From an uncultured archaeon (GTDB lineage Archaea > Aenigmatarchaeota > Aenigmatarchaeia > QMZP01 > JACQNV01): DNA of 64,000 bases. The stretch is from contig CAYPFW010000004.1 of NCBI GenBank assembly GCA_964410585.1, positions 21,120-85,119 on the forward strand. The letters are read 5' to 3'. Positions 1 to 10,480 of the stretch are shown here, in pieces. Numbering within the stretch: the stretch's first letter is position 1; every line of letters starts with the position of its first letter. The translations under genes and the position numbers were made by a program. The notes under the pieces were generated by a model. That model did not search any database and was not told where the DNA came from. It saw nothing but the letters and a program-made list of their open reading frames with translations.

Positions 1-47
1 AAAAGAAGGCTACCGTACCCAAGAAAACTAATATACATATACGGTAT
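1..47 (+). repeat. dispersed hairpin repeat family A, truncated copy
   Basis: aaaagaagg-ctaccgtacccaagaaaactaatatac matches the copies at 29425, 30041, 17396(-). Confidence 0.8.
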
Positions 48-168
48 GTTAACACATAGCCAGAAAAATAGGCGGACATGAAGAGCATCAGTCTTGTATG
101 ATGAAAATCTTCGAAAGAAAGATAGCGAGTGGGCCTAGCCCACCCAGGTTCGAATCCTGGTCCTGGCG
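1..168 (+). tRNA. tRNA-Ser, 5' part outside window, intron-interrupted; anticodon not resolvable
   Basis: 3' end GCGAG-TGGGCCTAGCCCAC (long variable arm)-CCAGG TTCGAAT CCTGG-TCCTGGC-G73; upstream part is intron-like and carries the dispersed repeat. Confidence 0.75.
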
Positions 169-170
169 TT

Positions 171-590
171 TTATTCTTTCCGCGGTGCACCGTATCTTCC
201 AGATCTGATTGTTTGAGTTCTTGGACGATCTGGTCCGCGTTGCTTGCTATTGTACTCAGTATTTGCTGCATCTAAATACTGTCTCCAATCTGCATTTATT
301 CCAGTGATTTCTACAATGTGTGCGAACCTATCTTCAAACCTTTTCAATCTTGGATTTGAATGTATAGAATCAGCTCCGCTGTGGAAGGCACCTAGTGATT
401 TCCTATCTGAAACATGTCCATATGCTATAAATCTTAAAACCTGCTCTGTCTCAGTTTTTGGAAGAGCGACTTTTTGTCGATCACTCTGCAAAAAAAGTTC
501 ATATGCTGCATCAAGTCTACTAGAAACTTCAACTGGATCTAAATCTGGACTCAGACTTTCTCTAATTAGCCTTACAATTTCTTCTGACAT
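171..590 (-). CDS. hypothetical protein (orphan)
   Basis: 139-aa ATG ORF directly after the DHH gene; no recognisable motif. Confidence 0.6.
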   Translation of the reverse strand: MSEEIVRLIRESLSPDLDPVEVSSRLDAAYELFLQSDRQKVALPKTETEQVLRFIAYGHVSDRKSLGAFHSGADSIHSNPRLKRFEDRFAHIVEITGINADWRQYLDAANTEYNSKQRGPDRPRTQTIRSGRYGAPRKE

Positions 591-594
591 GCTC

Positions 595-1536
595 CTATTT
601 AGAAGAAAGAGTTAAAAGTTTATCTAAAGCTTTTAAGAATTTCTCGAAGCTACCATCTGGAATCCTTGCACCAGCTGCTCCAGGATGTCCACCACCAGAA
701 CCACCGACAACTTCAGCTGCTTTTTCAGCAAGCTCGTGTAAAGGGAAAGGCTTTTTGCTTCTCAAAGTTATATCTAAAAAATCTCTTCTCTTAAAACAAG
801 ATACACCAACATCTTTTTTCCCAGCTGTTGCAGCAAACAAAGCAGAAGGCCCTCTAAAACCAAAATATTTGTCATATACAAAATATGCTAAGTTGTCCAA
901 GATTTTGACTTTTGATTTTACAGTTTTGTAGAGCTCAAACTCTCTTTTAACAGCTTCCTTCGCAGACTGAACAAGTCCTGGAAAATCTGAAGGATTTTTT
1001 CCACTTGCCAAAAGTTGGATAATTTCTCTCTTTTTATCATAGGAGGAAAACTCGTCGTTTTTTATTCCTAAAACAAGTGTCGAGGCTTCGAAGTATATTG
1101 ATCTTATATCCCAATCTTTCATCATTTCTTTTACAAATTTTGTGTCTTCGCAATAATCGCCAATTGCACCATATAAAGCAACCCAAGATCTTTCTTCAGG
1201 AAGTTTGTCTCTAAAAAACTTGAATATAAGTTCTGATGTAGATGCAGATGTATCTAGCTCAAAACCTTCTGGAAAAGGCAAGTCTGGTATAGGATGATGA
1301 TCGAAATACAAGAAATCTCTTTTCTGCAATTCTTTTACTATCTCCTTTGTGTCTTTTTTGTTGAAAGCCAAGTCGGCCAAAACCAAGTTCTTTTGCTTCA
1401 AAAATTTCAAGTCTTTGAGAAGAGAAACAGGCTTTGTGAAAAACACCTTTGTTTTTGGGAAAACAGTCAAAAGAAGCGCTGCAGAGCAAATTCCATCAGC
1501 GTCTGCGTGAGTCAAAATAAGGTCTGGCTTGTCCAT
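595..1536 (-). CDS. DHH/DHHA1 family phosphoesterase (RecJ/NrnA-like)
   Basis: HADADG, ADL, DHH, GAIGD and GGGHPGAAG motifs. Confidence 0.9.
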   Translation of the reverse strand: MDKPDLILTHADADGICSAALLLTVFPKTKVFFTKPVSLLKDLKFLKQKNLVLADLAFNKKDTKEIVKELQKRDFLYFDHHPIPDLPFPEGFELDTSASTSELIFKFFRDKLPEERSWVALYGAIGDYCEDTKFVKEMMKDWDIRSIYFEASTLVLGIKNDEFSSYDKKREIIQLLASGKNPSDFPGLVQSAKEAVKREFELYKTVKSKVKILDNLAYFVYDKYFGFRGPSALFAATAGKKDVGVSCFKRRDFLDITLRSKKPFPLHELAEKAAEVVGGSGGGHPGAAGARIPDGSFEKFLKALDKLLTLSSK

Positions 1537-1606
1537 TTTATTATTTGGTTTCTTTATTTTATATCCACAAATAAGGATATATTGACTCTTTTTCTATTTC
1601 AGTCAT

Positions 1607-2269
1607 ATGTCAATAACAATTATCCCAACTTCACACATTGCATCTGAAAGCATAAATCAAGTAGAAGAGGCTATTTTGAAAATAAAACCAGATTGTGTAG
1701 CAGTTGAATTAGACAAGCTTAGATATCAAAATCTAAAAACACAAGAACAGAGTTCTAACACAGATCTATTCAAACATCTTGGAGCTTCGACTTTTTTTGT
1801 TGTTTGGATTTTCAAAAAAATGCAGCAGTGGCTAGGCTCAAAAGTTGGCATACTTCCTGGTTCAGAGATGGCACAAGCAATAGAAACATCAAAGAAAAAC
1901 AACGTCAGGATTGCTTTGATAGATCAAGATATTGGGATAACTTTGACGAAAATAAAAAATATACCAAGAGGAGAAAAACTCAAACTTATTTGGTATTTGA
2001 TAAAAGCACCTGTTACTGTAAAATTCTCAAAATCAAACAACATAGGGCAAATAGATTTGTCAAAAACTCCATCAGACCAAATTGTGGAACAGGCTATTGA
2101 GATGCTGAAAAATGAATTCCCAAACCTATACAAGGTTTTGGTAGAAGACAGAAACATATACATGGCAGAAAAAATAAAAGAGCTTCAAAAACACTTTGAA
2201 AAAATTGTTGTGGTTGTTGGGGCTGGACACAAGAAAGGTTTGGGGAATTTGATAGAAGAAAGTATTTAA
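1607..2269 (+). CDS. TraB/PrgY/GumN family protein
   Basis: TSHIA, VAVELD, PGSEM, DRNIYMA and VVGAGH motifs. Confidence 0.88.
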   Translation: MSITIIPTSHIASESINQVEEAILKIKPDCVAVELDKLRYQNLKTQEQSSNTDLFKHLGASTFFVVWIFKKMQQWLGSKVGILPGSEMAQAIETSKKNNVRIALIDQDIGITLTKIKNIPRGEKLKLIWYLIKAPVTVKFSKSNNIGQIDLSKTPSDQIVEQAIEMLKNEFPNLYKVLVEDRNIYMAEKIKELQKHFEKIVVVVGAGHKKGLGNLIEESI

Positions 2270-2291
2270 ATGTTCATACAGTATTTACCTC

Positions 2292-2537
2292 ATGTCAATA
2301 TTTGATAGGATATCAAGCAGATATGCAAATGCTAGAACAGAAAGCGAAATGTTGCGAATAGTTAGGGTAGCATTAGAGGATCTACAGTCTCTGTATGGTG
2401 GTGTTGAAAGTGTAAAAGATTATTTTCATCAGGCACGATCACATTTAGAGTCTGGTGATCATCATTCAGTTTTTACTTATATAGGAATCATAGATGGTGT
2501 TATGCACTTATCAAAAATAAGAGAGGGGAATGTATAA
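2292..2537 (+). CDS. small hypothetical protein
   Basis: 81-aa ORF with TATA-like tttaaat ~25 nt upstream; fills the gap between genes. Confidence 0.55.
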   Translation: MSIFDRISSRYANARTESEMLRIVRVALEDLQSLYGGVESVKDYFHQARSHLESGDHHSVFTYIGIIDGVMHLSKIREGNV

Positions 2538-3206
2538 TTATTTCCCAAAATTCTTCTGTTGTTCCCAGTACCACTTGATTATTTTGTCAAACTCTTTTTT
2601 GGAGAATTCAGGCCACAGTGTGTCTGTGAAATAGATTTCTGCATAACTTGCTTGGTACAACATAAAGTTGGAAAGCCTTCTCTGACCACCTGTTCTTATC
2701 ACCAAATCTAAGGGCTCTTTAACCATCAAAAACTTGTCAACTGTTTCTATTGGCTTTTTGACAACAGATTTAACAGCATTATCTATCTCAAACTTCGATC
2801 CATAAGCAAGCATTATATTGAGTATATGTTTTGAATAGTGCTTTGTTGATTCGAAGGCTTCTTTAACAGCGTCGACTAAGCTTGGTTTCCAAACAGAAGA
2901 ATCTCCCAAAACCCTAACTTGTACACCATTTTCTTTTATTACAGGATCTGTCATCACCTTTTTCAATTCCTGCTCATAGATTTTCCAAAGCTCATCAACC
3001 TCGTGTTGATCCCTTTTTAGATTTTCAGTTGATAATCCATAAATAGAAATTGTTTTTATTTCAGGATATTCTAAGCACCATTTTAAGAAATCTTTTATTT
3101 TGTCTGTGCCTTTCCAATGGCCATCCCACGGAAGTTCACCTGATTTTTTTGCATATCTTCTATTGCCATCAGGAATTAGACCAATGTGTATCTGTTTATT
3201 CGCCAT
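2538..3206 (-). CDS. uppS: cis-prenyltransferase (polyprenyl diphosphate synthase)
   Basis: HIGLIPDGNRR, STENLKR, IRTGGQRRLSNF, LWPEF. Confidence 0.95.
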   Translation of the reverse strand: MANKQIHIGLIPDGNRRYAKKSGELPWDGHWKGTDKIKDFLKWCLEYPEIKTISIYGLSTENLKRDQHEVDELWKIYEQELKKVMTDPVIKENGVQVRVLGDSSVWKPSLVDAVKEAFESTKHYSKHILNIMLAYGSKFEIDNAVKSVVKKPIETVDKFLMVKEPLDLVIRTGGQRRLSNFMLYQASYAEIYFTDTLWPEFSKKEFDKIIKWYWEQQKNFGK

Positions 3207-4035
3207 AATCTTCCTTATCCAATCTACTTTCCATTTGCTCCAATCTTGCTATTCTTTTCTCAACAGGAGGATGTGTTGAAAATAGATGAGTAAACCAATC
3301 TGCATGGAGAGGGTTGACAATCCACAAATGGCCTGTTGCAGCAGATCCTCTTATTGGATAGTTCTTAGCTACTTGTGATATTTTCTTTAAAGCATTTGAA
3401 AGGGCATGTGGATTTTTTGTTATTAAAGCGCCTGTTAAATCTGCTTGATATTCTCTTCCTCTTGAAAGAGCTGATCTAACTAACAAAGCAGCTAAGGGGG
3501 CGAATATCGCAATCAACACAACTCCTAAAATATTTCCCTGTTCTCTACTATTCTGGCCAAAAAGCGACCAATACCCTATTTGCGCAATGTAAGAAATTGC
3601 GCCTGCAATCATCGCGGCTATTGAACCTATTAAAATATCGTTGTTTTTTATGTGTGCTATTTCATGTGCCAACACACCCTCTATTTCTTCCTCACTAAAT
3701 TCTAGTAGACCTTTGGTCACTGCTATTGCAGCATTTTGGGGATTCCTTCCTGTTGCAAAAGCATTTGGAATGGTTTTATCAATTACATATAGTTTTGGTT
3801 TTGGTATTTGCGATTCTTGTACCAAGTTTTCAACTATTTGATCTATTTTTTTGTCCTTGAGTTCAACTGCTCTATACAAATTAAGCACTATTTTATCTGA
3901 ATACCAATATGATATAAAGTTCACAAAAATAGAAAAAATTAAGGCCATTGTCAAGCCTACAAAGCCGCCAAAAAACCAACCTATACCCAATAAAAGCGCT
4001 GTCAAAATTGATAGCAATGTCAAAGTTCTGAACAT
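3196..4035 (-). CDS. htpX: M48 zinc metalloprotease HtpX
   Basis: PNAFATGRNP, LAHEIAH, REYQAD, FSTHPP; TM helices. Confidence 0.95.
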   Translation of the reverse strand: MFRTLTLLSILTALLLGIGWFFGGFVGLTMALIFSIFVNFISYWYSDKIVLNLYRAVELKDKKIDQIVENLVQESQIPKPKLYVIDKTIPNAFATGRNPQNAAIAVTKGLLEFSEEEIEGVLAHEIAHIKNNDILIGSIAAMIAGAISYIAQIGYWSLFGQNSREQGNILGVVLIAIFAPLAALLVRSALSRGREYQADLTGALITKNPHALSNALKKISQVAKNYPIRGSAATGHLWIVNPLHADWFTHLFSTHPPVEKRIARLEQMESRLDKEDYGE

Positions 4036-4071
4036 AATCTACCTATACAAGTTTAATTTATATGCATTTTC

Positions 4072-4542
4072 CTAGGATATCTTTAGCCATTTGCTGATTT
4101 TTGATATGTTTTCACCTATTTTATTAGTTGTATCTATTTCAATTATATTTGGTTTTTTGAACATTTGATAAACTTCTGATTTTATTATTTCCATTATTTC
4201 TGAATCTATGTTTTCTTTTATTTTTTTCTTTGTCCAATGCCTTTTTTCAAGCCTTTTTCTTAGTTCTTTTGGTTTTGTTGTTAAAAGGATGACTTTATCA
4301 CAATCCATCATGTGTGAATAGTGGGACTCTAGAATTAAGTTACCCTTGAGCTTTTTAATTTCCTTATTCAAAGCACGAATATCAACTATTTTACAATTTC
4401 TTTTTTTGTCAAAACCTGAGTATAGGTTTTTTTCTTTGGCAAGTTTATTTAATTGGATAAGCTTCCAGTCAACCGCTTTTGAGAGGGCTTTGGCTATCTT
4501 TGTTTTACCAGTTCCCGGGGTACCTGTAATACAAACTTTCAT
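4072..4542 (-). CDS. adenylate kinase AK6/Fap7-like
   Basis: ITGTPGTGKT P-loop, ILESH motif, RLEKR lid. Confidence 0.9.
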   Translation of the reverse strand: MKVCITGTPGTGKTKIAKALSKAVDWKLIQLNKLAKEKNLYSGFDKKRNCKIVDIRALNKEIKKLKGNLILESHYSHMMDCDKVILLTTKPKELRKRLEKRHWTKKKIKENIDSEIMEIIKSEVYQMFKKPNIIEIDTTNKIGENISKISKWLKIS

Positions 4543-4551
4543 AGAATTAAC

Positions 4552-5100
4552 CTATAATTGCTTCCAGATTTCCTCTTGTTTTTGCTCTTTATGATTAATC
4601 CACCGAGCCAAATAAAACAAGAAATCAGAAAGTCTATTCAAATATTTTATAGTTAACTGGTTTACTGATTCTTCGCCTATGAGCAAAACAGCCTTTCTTT
4701 CAGCTCTTCTACAAACTGACCTTGCTAAATGGAGAATAGAAGATCCCTGGGAACCTCCAGGAAGTATAAAATTTTTAAGCGGAGGAAGAATTTTATCAAT
4801 TTTTTCTATCATTTCTTCGATCCATTTGATATCTTCCTGACTTATTCTTTTTACATCTTTGTTCATTGGTGAAGACAAATCAGATCCCAAATCAAACAAG
4901 TTTATTTGCATTTTGTGGAGCAGACTATCGATTTCTTTGTCTTTAATTGCTGATCGAGCCAAGCCTATTATAGAGTTTAGCTCATCGACTGTTCCATAAA
5001 CCTCTACTAAATTGGAAGATTTTGATACCACAGAACCACCAAACAAGTGGGTATTTCCTTTTGGATCGTCTTTGTATTTTTTTACACTCATAAGAAACAC
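4552..5100 (-). CDS. PduO-type cob(I)alamin adenosyltransferase
   Basis: YGTVDELNS, FILPGG, ARSVCRRAER, YLNRLSDFLF. Confidence 0.9.
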   Translation of the reverse strand: MFLMSVKKYKDDPKGNTHLFGGSVVSKSSNLVEVYGTVDELNSIIGLARSAIKDKEIDSLLHKMQINLFDLGSDLSSPMNKDVKRISQEDIKWIEEMIEKIDKILPPLKNFILPGGSQGSSILHLARSVCRRAERKAVLLIGEESVNQLTIKYLNRLSDFLFYLARWINHKEQKQEEIWKQL

Positions 5101-5135
5101 AGCTACAGCAACCTATAGAAGAATTAGTTCTTGTA

Positions 5136-6065
5136 TTAAAAACCATTTGTTTTGAAGTAGTCAATTGTTTTTTTCAAGCCGTCCATTGGATCGACCTTAG
5201 GCTCCCATCCCAACTTTTCTTTTGCAAGTGATATGTCGGGTCTTCTTCTTTCAGGATCATCTTGCGGCATTTTTGTGTAGATTATTTCAGATTTGGATTT
5301 TGTTAGACCGATAACCTTTTTGGCCAAATCAAGTATTGTCCACTCAACTGGATTGCCTAAATTTACTGGGCCTATGAAATTTTCAGAATTCATAAGTTTT
5401 ACCAAACCGTCGATCATATCTGAAATGTAACAGAAAGATCGAGTTTGAGAACCGTCGCCATTGACTGTTATTGGTTTGTCTTCAAGGGCTTGTATAATGA
5501 AATTGGATACAACTCTACCGTCAAACTTGGACATTTTGGGACCATATGTATTAAAAATTCTTGCAACCTTTATATCAACTTTGTTTTGCCAGTGATAGGC
5601 GAACATCAAGGATTCTGCGACCCTTTTTCCTTCATCATAACATGATCGTGGGCCTATTGTATTCACATTTCCAAAATATGTCTCTTTTTGGGGATGGATT
5701 AAAGGGTTTCCATATATTTCAGATGTTGAAGCTTGGAGAATCCTGGCTTTAACCTGACTAGCTAATTCGAGCATATTGACCATACCAGATGTGCTTGTTT
5801 GTATTGTTTTTATTGGGTCAAACTGATAGTGGATTGGGGAAGCTGGACAGGCTAGATTATATATTTGGTCGCACTCCACATGTGTTGGGAAGGTTATATC
5901 CTGTCTTAGAAGCTCGAAATTTGGATTGCTGAGTAGATGGATTATATTCTTTTTAGATCCTGTGAAAAAATTGTCTAGACATATAACTTCATGGCCTTTG
6001 TTGAGTAGGTGCTCACATAGATTGCTTCCAATAAATCCAGCTCCACCTGTAACTAAAATTCTCAT
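5136..6065 (-). CDS. UDP-glucuronate decarboxylase family (extended SDR)
   Basis: [37 protein letters not shown]. Confidence 0.93.
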   Translation of the reverse strand: MRILVTGGAGFIGSNLCEHLLNKGHEVICLDNFFTGSKKNIIHLLSNPNFELLRQDITFPTHVECDQIYNLACPASPIHYQFDPIKTIQTSTSGMVNMLELASQVKARILQASTSEIYGNPLIHPQKETYFGNVNTIGPRSCYDEGKRVAESLMFAYHWQNKVDIKVARIFNTYGPKMSKFDGRVVSNFIIQALEDKPITVNGDGSQTRSFCYISDMIDGLVKLMNSENFIGPVNLGNPVEWTILDLAKKVIGLTKSKSEIIYTKMPQDDPERRRPDISLAKEKLGWEPKVDPMDGLKKTIDYFKTNGF

Positions 6066-6096
6066 ACAAAAAGGTAGATTTCGATCTTAAATAGTT

Positions 6097-6948
6097 TTAC
6101 AGCATTCTGAAAATTGTGTAAAAAGTATCGAAAAAAGGTACAGAGGTTGTTGTTGTTAAAAAATTTGCTCCTTGCCTTTTTGCTATTTGCTGGATTTGAT
6201 CTATATGCTGCTCCAATTGCTCTAAGTAATTTTTCCTTAGTCTCTGGCTTATGTATGTGTGGAGCATTGAGCCTGTTTCAGAATCCTTCAAAAGCGAATC
6301 ACCTTCATACAATAGTTTCCTTTCTTTATCTGAAAGTACTTGGACTAAAAGAATGTCGTTTCTTTTTAGCCTTGACATAACATCCTCTAGTTGAGTTAAA
6401 TCAAATAGAAAATCAGAAATTATGACAATAAGCGATTTTGAGTTTATTCTTTTTTCATAGCCAGCCAAAACATTTGAGAATTCTGTGTCTCCCGTTGGCT
6501 TTGAGTTGTTGAGCCTGTCTATTATTGTGACTATGTTTGGTTTTATCTGCCTTGCACAAAGAGTGTCAAAAGTATTGGAAAAAATAGAGAACTCAAACTT
6601 CATATTTTCTTTTGAAGCAAGATAGGCGACAGCTAAGCCTATTTTAGCTGCATATTCAAATTTCATTTCTTTGCCAAAGTTCATGCTATTGCTGCTATCT
6701 AAAAGAATGTGGAAAGTCAGGTTTTTTTCCTCTTCAAACTTTTTGATAAATAGCTTGTCTGTTCTTGCATAAATTCTCCAGTCTATGTATCTTATGTCAT
6801 CTCCTGGAGCATATTCCTTGTATTCTTTGAAAAGGAGGCCTTCGCCTGTTGCTCTTGATTGCTGCTCGCCTTTAAACTTGGCATTTGTTTTTTTCTTCAG
6901 TGCGAGCTTGAAGGCGTCTAGCTGGTACAAAAATGAAGGGTCGATCAT
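6097..6948 (-). CDS. DUF58 VWA-like protein (MoxR partner)
   Basis: EYAPGDDIRYIDW, LLDSSNSM, IISDF. Confidence 0.92.
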   Translation of the reverse strand: MIDPSFLYQLDAFKLALKKKTNAKFKGEQQSRATGEGLLFKEYKEYAPGDDIRYIDWRIYARTDKLFIKKFEEEKNLTFHILLDSSNSMNFGKEMKFEYAAKIGLAVAYLASKENMKFEFSIFSNTFDTLCARQIKPNIVTIIDRLNNSKPTGDTEFSNVLAGYEKRINSKSLIVIISDFLFDLTQLEDVMSRLKRNDILLVQVLSDKERKLLYEGDSLLKDSETGSMLHTYISQRLRKNYLEQLEQHIDQIQQIAKRQGANFLTTTTSVPFFDTFYTIFRML

Positions 6949-6994
6949 AGATTATATTTGTTTTGGATATATAATATGTTAAAAGACACGGATG

Positions 6995-8026
6995 CTATTT
7001 TGGATATAAAACTGCATGCGTTTTTTGAATATATTTGATTGGCTTGAATTTCTCCTTAAATCTGAGTAATGATTCGAATTCGCTTCCACCTAAATTTGCA
7101 TATTTATAGCCTTGGTTTAATGCTTCCTTCAGAACTTCAAATATGATGCTTTCAGAAAGTCCCTTTAAGTCAATTGTAGTTACATTTGTGTACAAGCCTA
7201 TACAATCTTCAGATATTTTATGCGCAATTCCAAGAGCAACTGGTTGCCCACTTACGTAAATTATTTTCGATATACAACTTTTACCTAGTTTTCCTGAATT
7301 AATCGATTCTACAAATTTTTTATGTAACTCTGCGGAATGGAGTATTATTGGGTCTTCTTTGAGATATTCTTCATACCTCTGCGAAATCATTCTTAACCAT
7401 TTTTCCACAATTTCTAACCCTTCTTTTAGCGAACTTCTATTTGTATAATTTTTTACAACAGGATTATAGTGCTTTATAAAATAATTCACTCTGTACCGAA
7501 TTGTTTTTAGTTGATTTCCTTTCAAAGAAATTAAATCCTTTAGGCTTACAATCGTTTCTGGATATGTGTCATCATCATATCTGTAAAATTTATTCCAACA
7601 ATCGCCTTTTTCATAGTCCGTAGAACCTAATTTTTGGAATGATTTGAACTGATCTGGAGTCAAATTTTTAAAAATAACTTGTTTGTTTGATATTTCAGAG
7701 AGAGTACTTGCTAATTTGAATGCTTTTTGAGCCGCATTTGGCCCAAGATATTGTACAATTGCATATGAATGTTCATTAGGTTTTTTCGTCGTAAACGGAA
7801 TTAGTGTTTTCCCATCGTAAAATTTGAATGCTGCAAATATTGTAGACTGAATTGTGTATAACCAACAATTTGAGAAATCAAGAGTATTTTTGTTTTTCTT
7901 ATAATAAGATTCAAATAAAATTTTGTCTCTCTGACTAATTTTTGAAATGTTCTTGATTTTTAATAAATGTGTTTCCATAAATTGATATCTATATTGTACA
8001 TTAAAATCTTTTGGAAGAGCACACAC
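6995..8026 (-). CDS. DUF2156 / aminoacyl-tRNA-dependent transferase-like (GNAT/Fem fold) protein; start may be METHLL
   Basis: LKGNQLKTIRYRVNYF and GYKYANLGGSEFESLLRFKEKFKP resemble DUF2156/MprF C-terminal motifs. Confidence 0.65.
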   Translation of the reverse strand: MCALPKDFNVQYRYQFMETHLLKIKNISKISQRDKILFESYYKKNKNTLDFSNCWLYTIQSTIFAAFKFYDGKTLIPFTTKKPNEHSYAIVQYLGPNAAQKAFKLASTLSEISNKQVIFKNLTPDQFKSFQKLGSTDYEKGDCWNKFYRYDDDTYPETIVSLKDLISLKGNQLKTIRYRVNYFIKHYNPVVKNYTNRSSLKEGLEIVEKWLRMISQRYEEYLKEDPIILHSAELHKKFVESINSGKLGKSCISKIIYVSGQPVALGIAHKISEDCIGLYTNVTTIDLKGLSESIIFEVLKEALNQGYKYANLGGSEFESLLRFKEKFKPIKYIQKTHAVLYPK

Positions 8027-8063
8027 CTCAATAATAAGAAAGATAAAACCTCACTAGGGAAAC

Positions 8064-9101
8064 CTAATCCCCAACAATTGTCTTGATCACTTCGTCTGTT
8101 GTTTTGCCTTGTTTTTCAGACTCGAAGGAAAGGATTATTCTATGCCTTAAAATAGGATAGGCCATTGCTTGTATATCCTTCTCGCTCACAAAGCTTCTTC
8201 CTTCGATAAGGGCTTTTGCTTTTGCAGCTAGAACCACAAATATTGAAGCCCTCGGTGATGCACCGAACTGGATGTATTTGTTTTTCCTTGTTGCTTCAAC
8301 TATTTTGATTGCATATTCTTTTATATCGTTTGCAATAGGAACTTTTCTCGTCAATTCCTGGAGATGCAAAATCCTATCAACTGAAAGGACTTTTTTCAAA
8401 CCAAAATCAGGCTCTACTTCTGTTGTAAACCGGTCAACTATTTCGCTTTCATCCTCAAAGGTTGGATAATCGACCATTGTTTTGAACATGAACCTATCTG
8501 TTTGCGCTTCTGGAAGAGGGAATGTTCCTTCTTGTTCTATAGGGTTTTGAGTAGCTAAAACAAAGAATGGGTTTGGAAGCTGGAATGTTTTATTGCCCGC
8601 TGTCACTTGCTTTTCTTGCATTGATTCTAAAAATGCAGCTTGGGTTTTGGGGGTGGCTCTGTTTATTTCATCTGCTAAAACAACATTTGCAAAAATTGGG
8701 CCCTTGTAGAATTCGAAAGTTTTTTCATCTTTTGTTTCCTTGATTATGTAGGTTCCTGTTATATCAGAAGGCATCAGGTCTGGTGTATTTTGGATTCTGG
8801 AAAATGACAAATCCATGACATCTGCCAGGGTTTTTACCATGAGAGTTTTGGCCATTCCAGGATATCCCTCTAATAGGACATTTCCATTACAAAGTATACC
8901 TATCAAAAGCTGCTTTATTGGTTCTTTTTGGCCAACTATTTTTTTTGAAACTTCATTTAGAATGTTTGAACAATCTTCCTGTGCTCTTTTCAGTACACCT
9001 GGTTCTGGGAGAGAAAGCCTTTTGTAGTGCTCTTTTCCAACTTCACTATCCTTTTGATGATTTACATTGCAAATCTTGCAAAAATACGTAGTTTCGGCCA
9101 T
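8064..9101 (-). CDS. MoxR family AAA+ ATPase with N-terminal CxxC..H..H zinc-finger-like extension
   Basis: LEGYPGMAKT, TPDLMPSDITG, LADEINRATPKTQ, ATQNPIEQEGT. Confidence 0.95.
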   Translation of the reverse strand: MAETTYFCKICNVNHQKDSEVGKEHYKRLSLPEPGVLKRAQEDCSNILNEVSKKIVGQKEPIKQLLIGILCNGNVLLEGYPGMAKTLMVKTLADVMDLSFSRIQNTPDLMPSDITGTYIIKETKDEKTFEFYKGPIFANVVLADEINRATPKTQAAFLESMQEKQVTAGNKTFQLPNPFFVLATQNPIEQEGTFPLPEAQTDRFMFKTMVDYPTFEDESEIVDRFTTEVEPDFGLKKVLSVDRILHLQELTRKVPIANDIKEYAIKIVEATRKNKYIQFGASPRASIFVVLAAKAKALIEGRSFVSEKDIQAMAYPILRHRIILSFESEKQGKTTDEVIKTIVGD

Positions 9102-9847
9102 TATAATCCTCTTATCCTCAAATTATAGTTTTTAATGAGCTCGAAATCCTCTGGAACTTCTTCCTCACTTGTTGCCTCAGCCTGAGCGACAACCTCTATA
9201 GGAAAGTTCTCTCGCTGGAAATCAACCTCATCTATATCTTTTATTTGGTCTAGGTTAATATTTGTTGAAGAGCTTAATATTAATTGGAGCTCCCTTTCAC
9301 CTATTTCTATATTTGATTTTTCCCCATATATAGAGTTATCCTTCATTATGTTCACAGATTGTATTGTAGCATTTAGGCTTTGCACCTGAACGCTTTCAGG
9401 GAACTGTATTTTGATTACTGTAAATGTCATTGTAGATAAGCTCAAAACAAATAATACACCTATTTTTACCATTGCCCTCTTATGTTGTATCAGTTGGTAA
9501 GTTGAGGAAAACCTAAGTTTTTTTATAACATCCTGGAAAAGTACCTTGACAACCTCATTGTCTTTGCCAACATTATCATGAGCAGTACGAAGCATTTCGG
9601 CAACTTCCGGGTTATATTTTTCATATGTCTCTAGTTTAAAATTTTTAAATTTTATTGAAAATTCAAATATAGCAACTCCACATCCCACTGCTAGTGAAAT
9701 TGGGATCCTAAACAGTCCAAGACCGAGAAAAAAAAGCACAATATTTATTGCTAGCACAGCTATGCCTGCATCTAAAAGCGCATGAAGTAGGCTAACTTTT
9801 AGGACTTCCATCTTCAATGATTTCAATGCACTCACTATACTTGTCAT
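9101..9847 (-). CDS. membrane protein of MoxR/VWA cluster
   Basis: three hydrophobic helices, EMLRTAHDN; coupled to MoxR start. Confidence 0.75.
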   Translation of the reverse strand: MTSIVSALKSLKMEVLKVSLLHALLDAGIAVLAINIVLFFLGLGLFRIPISLAVGCGVAIFEFSIKFKNFKLETYEKYNPEVAEMLRTAHDNVGKDNEVVKVLFQDVIKKLRFSSTYQLIQHKRAMVKIGVLFVLSLSTMTFTVIKIQFPESVQVQSLNATIQSVNIMKDNSIYGEKSNIEIGERELQLILSSSTNINLDQIKDIDEVDFQRENFPIEVVAQAEATSEEEVPEDFELIKNYNLRIRGL

Positions 9848-9862
9848 AATCAGTACGCTGTA

Positions 9863-10480
9863 CTAAGGGCAATTTGCATGAGTTAGGTTTGAATTACTCT
9901 TCATATAACTGCACACAGCATCTAGCTTACTCTTTGTTGCAGCTAAGTCGCTTTTAGCTGTTGTCAAATCAGCCTGTGTGGAATTTAGCTGTGACTTTGC
10001 GCTCGAAAGATCTGTTTTTGTTTTATCTAACTCGGTTTGTGTGCTAGCAAGACTGCTTTTTGTTGTGTCCAACTCACCTTTTGTTTGGTCTAAGTCGGCT
10101 GCTGTTGTATTATACAAATTACCTATTTTTGACACGTCGCCTGTTGCTGTTGCTAGTTTTTCTTTAGTTGCTGTTAAATCTACAAGCGTTGAATTAAGCT
10201 CGTTCTCAACTTGTCTTAAGCGAGATTCTATGCTCCCCTTTTCAGTTGAGACCCCTCCTAAGAAAAATTGGAAGTATAAAGTTGCACCAACAAGGATTAG
10301 AATTGCTGAAACCAGGATAATCAACATGATGGGATTTGTTGTTTGTCCTATATACTTTTCGCCTTTATCTTTTGCAGACTCCATTTTCGGGTCATCTGAT
10401 TTTTTTAAAAAAGTGCTTAGACTGGGTTTATCTACTTTTAATTGGACTTCTCCCTTTTCTTTTTTTCTGAAAAAACTCAT
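9863..10480 (-). CDS. single-TM coiled-coil protein
   Basis: one TM segment followed by heptads (LxxTKxxL). Confidence 0.75.
   Translation of the reverse strand: MSFFRKKEKGEVQLKVDKPSLSTFLKKSDDPKMESAKDKGEKYIGQTTNPIMLIILVSAILILVGATLYFQFFLGGVSTEKGSIESRLRQVENELNSTLVDLTATKEKLATATGDVSKIGNLYNTTAADLDQTKGELDTTKSSLASTQTELDKTKTDLSSAKSQLNSTQADLTTAKSDLAATKSKLDAVCSYMKSNSNLTHANCP

Noticed and set aside
9900-10200. Periodic DNA repeats
   Set aside because: Explained by coiled-coil heptads of the encoded protein
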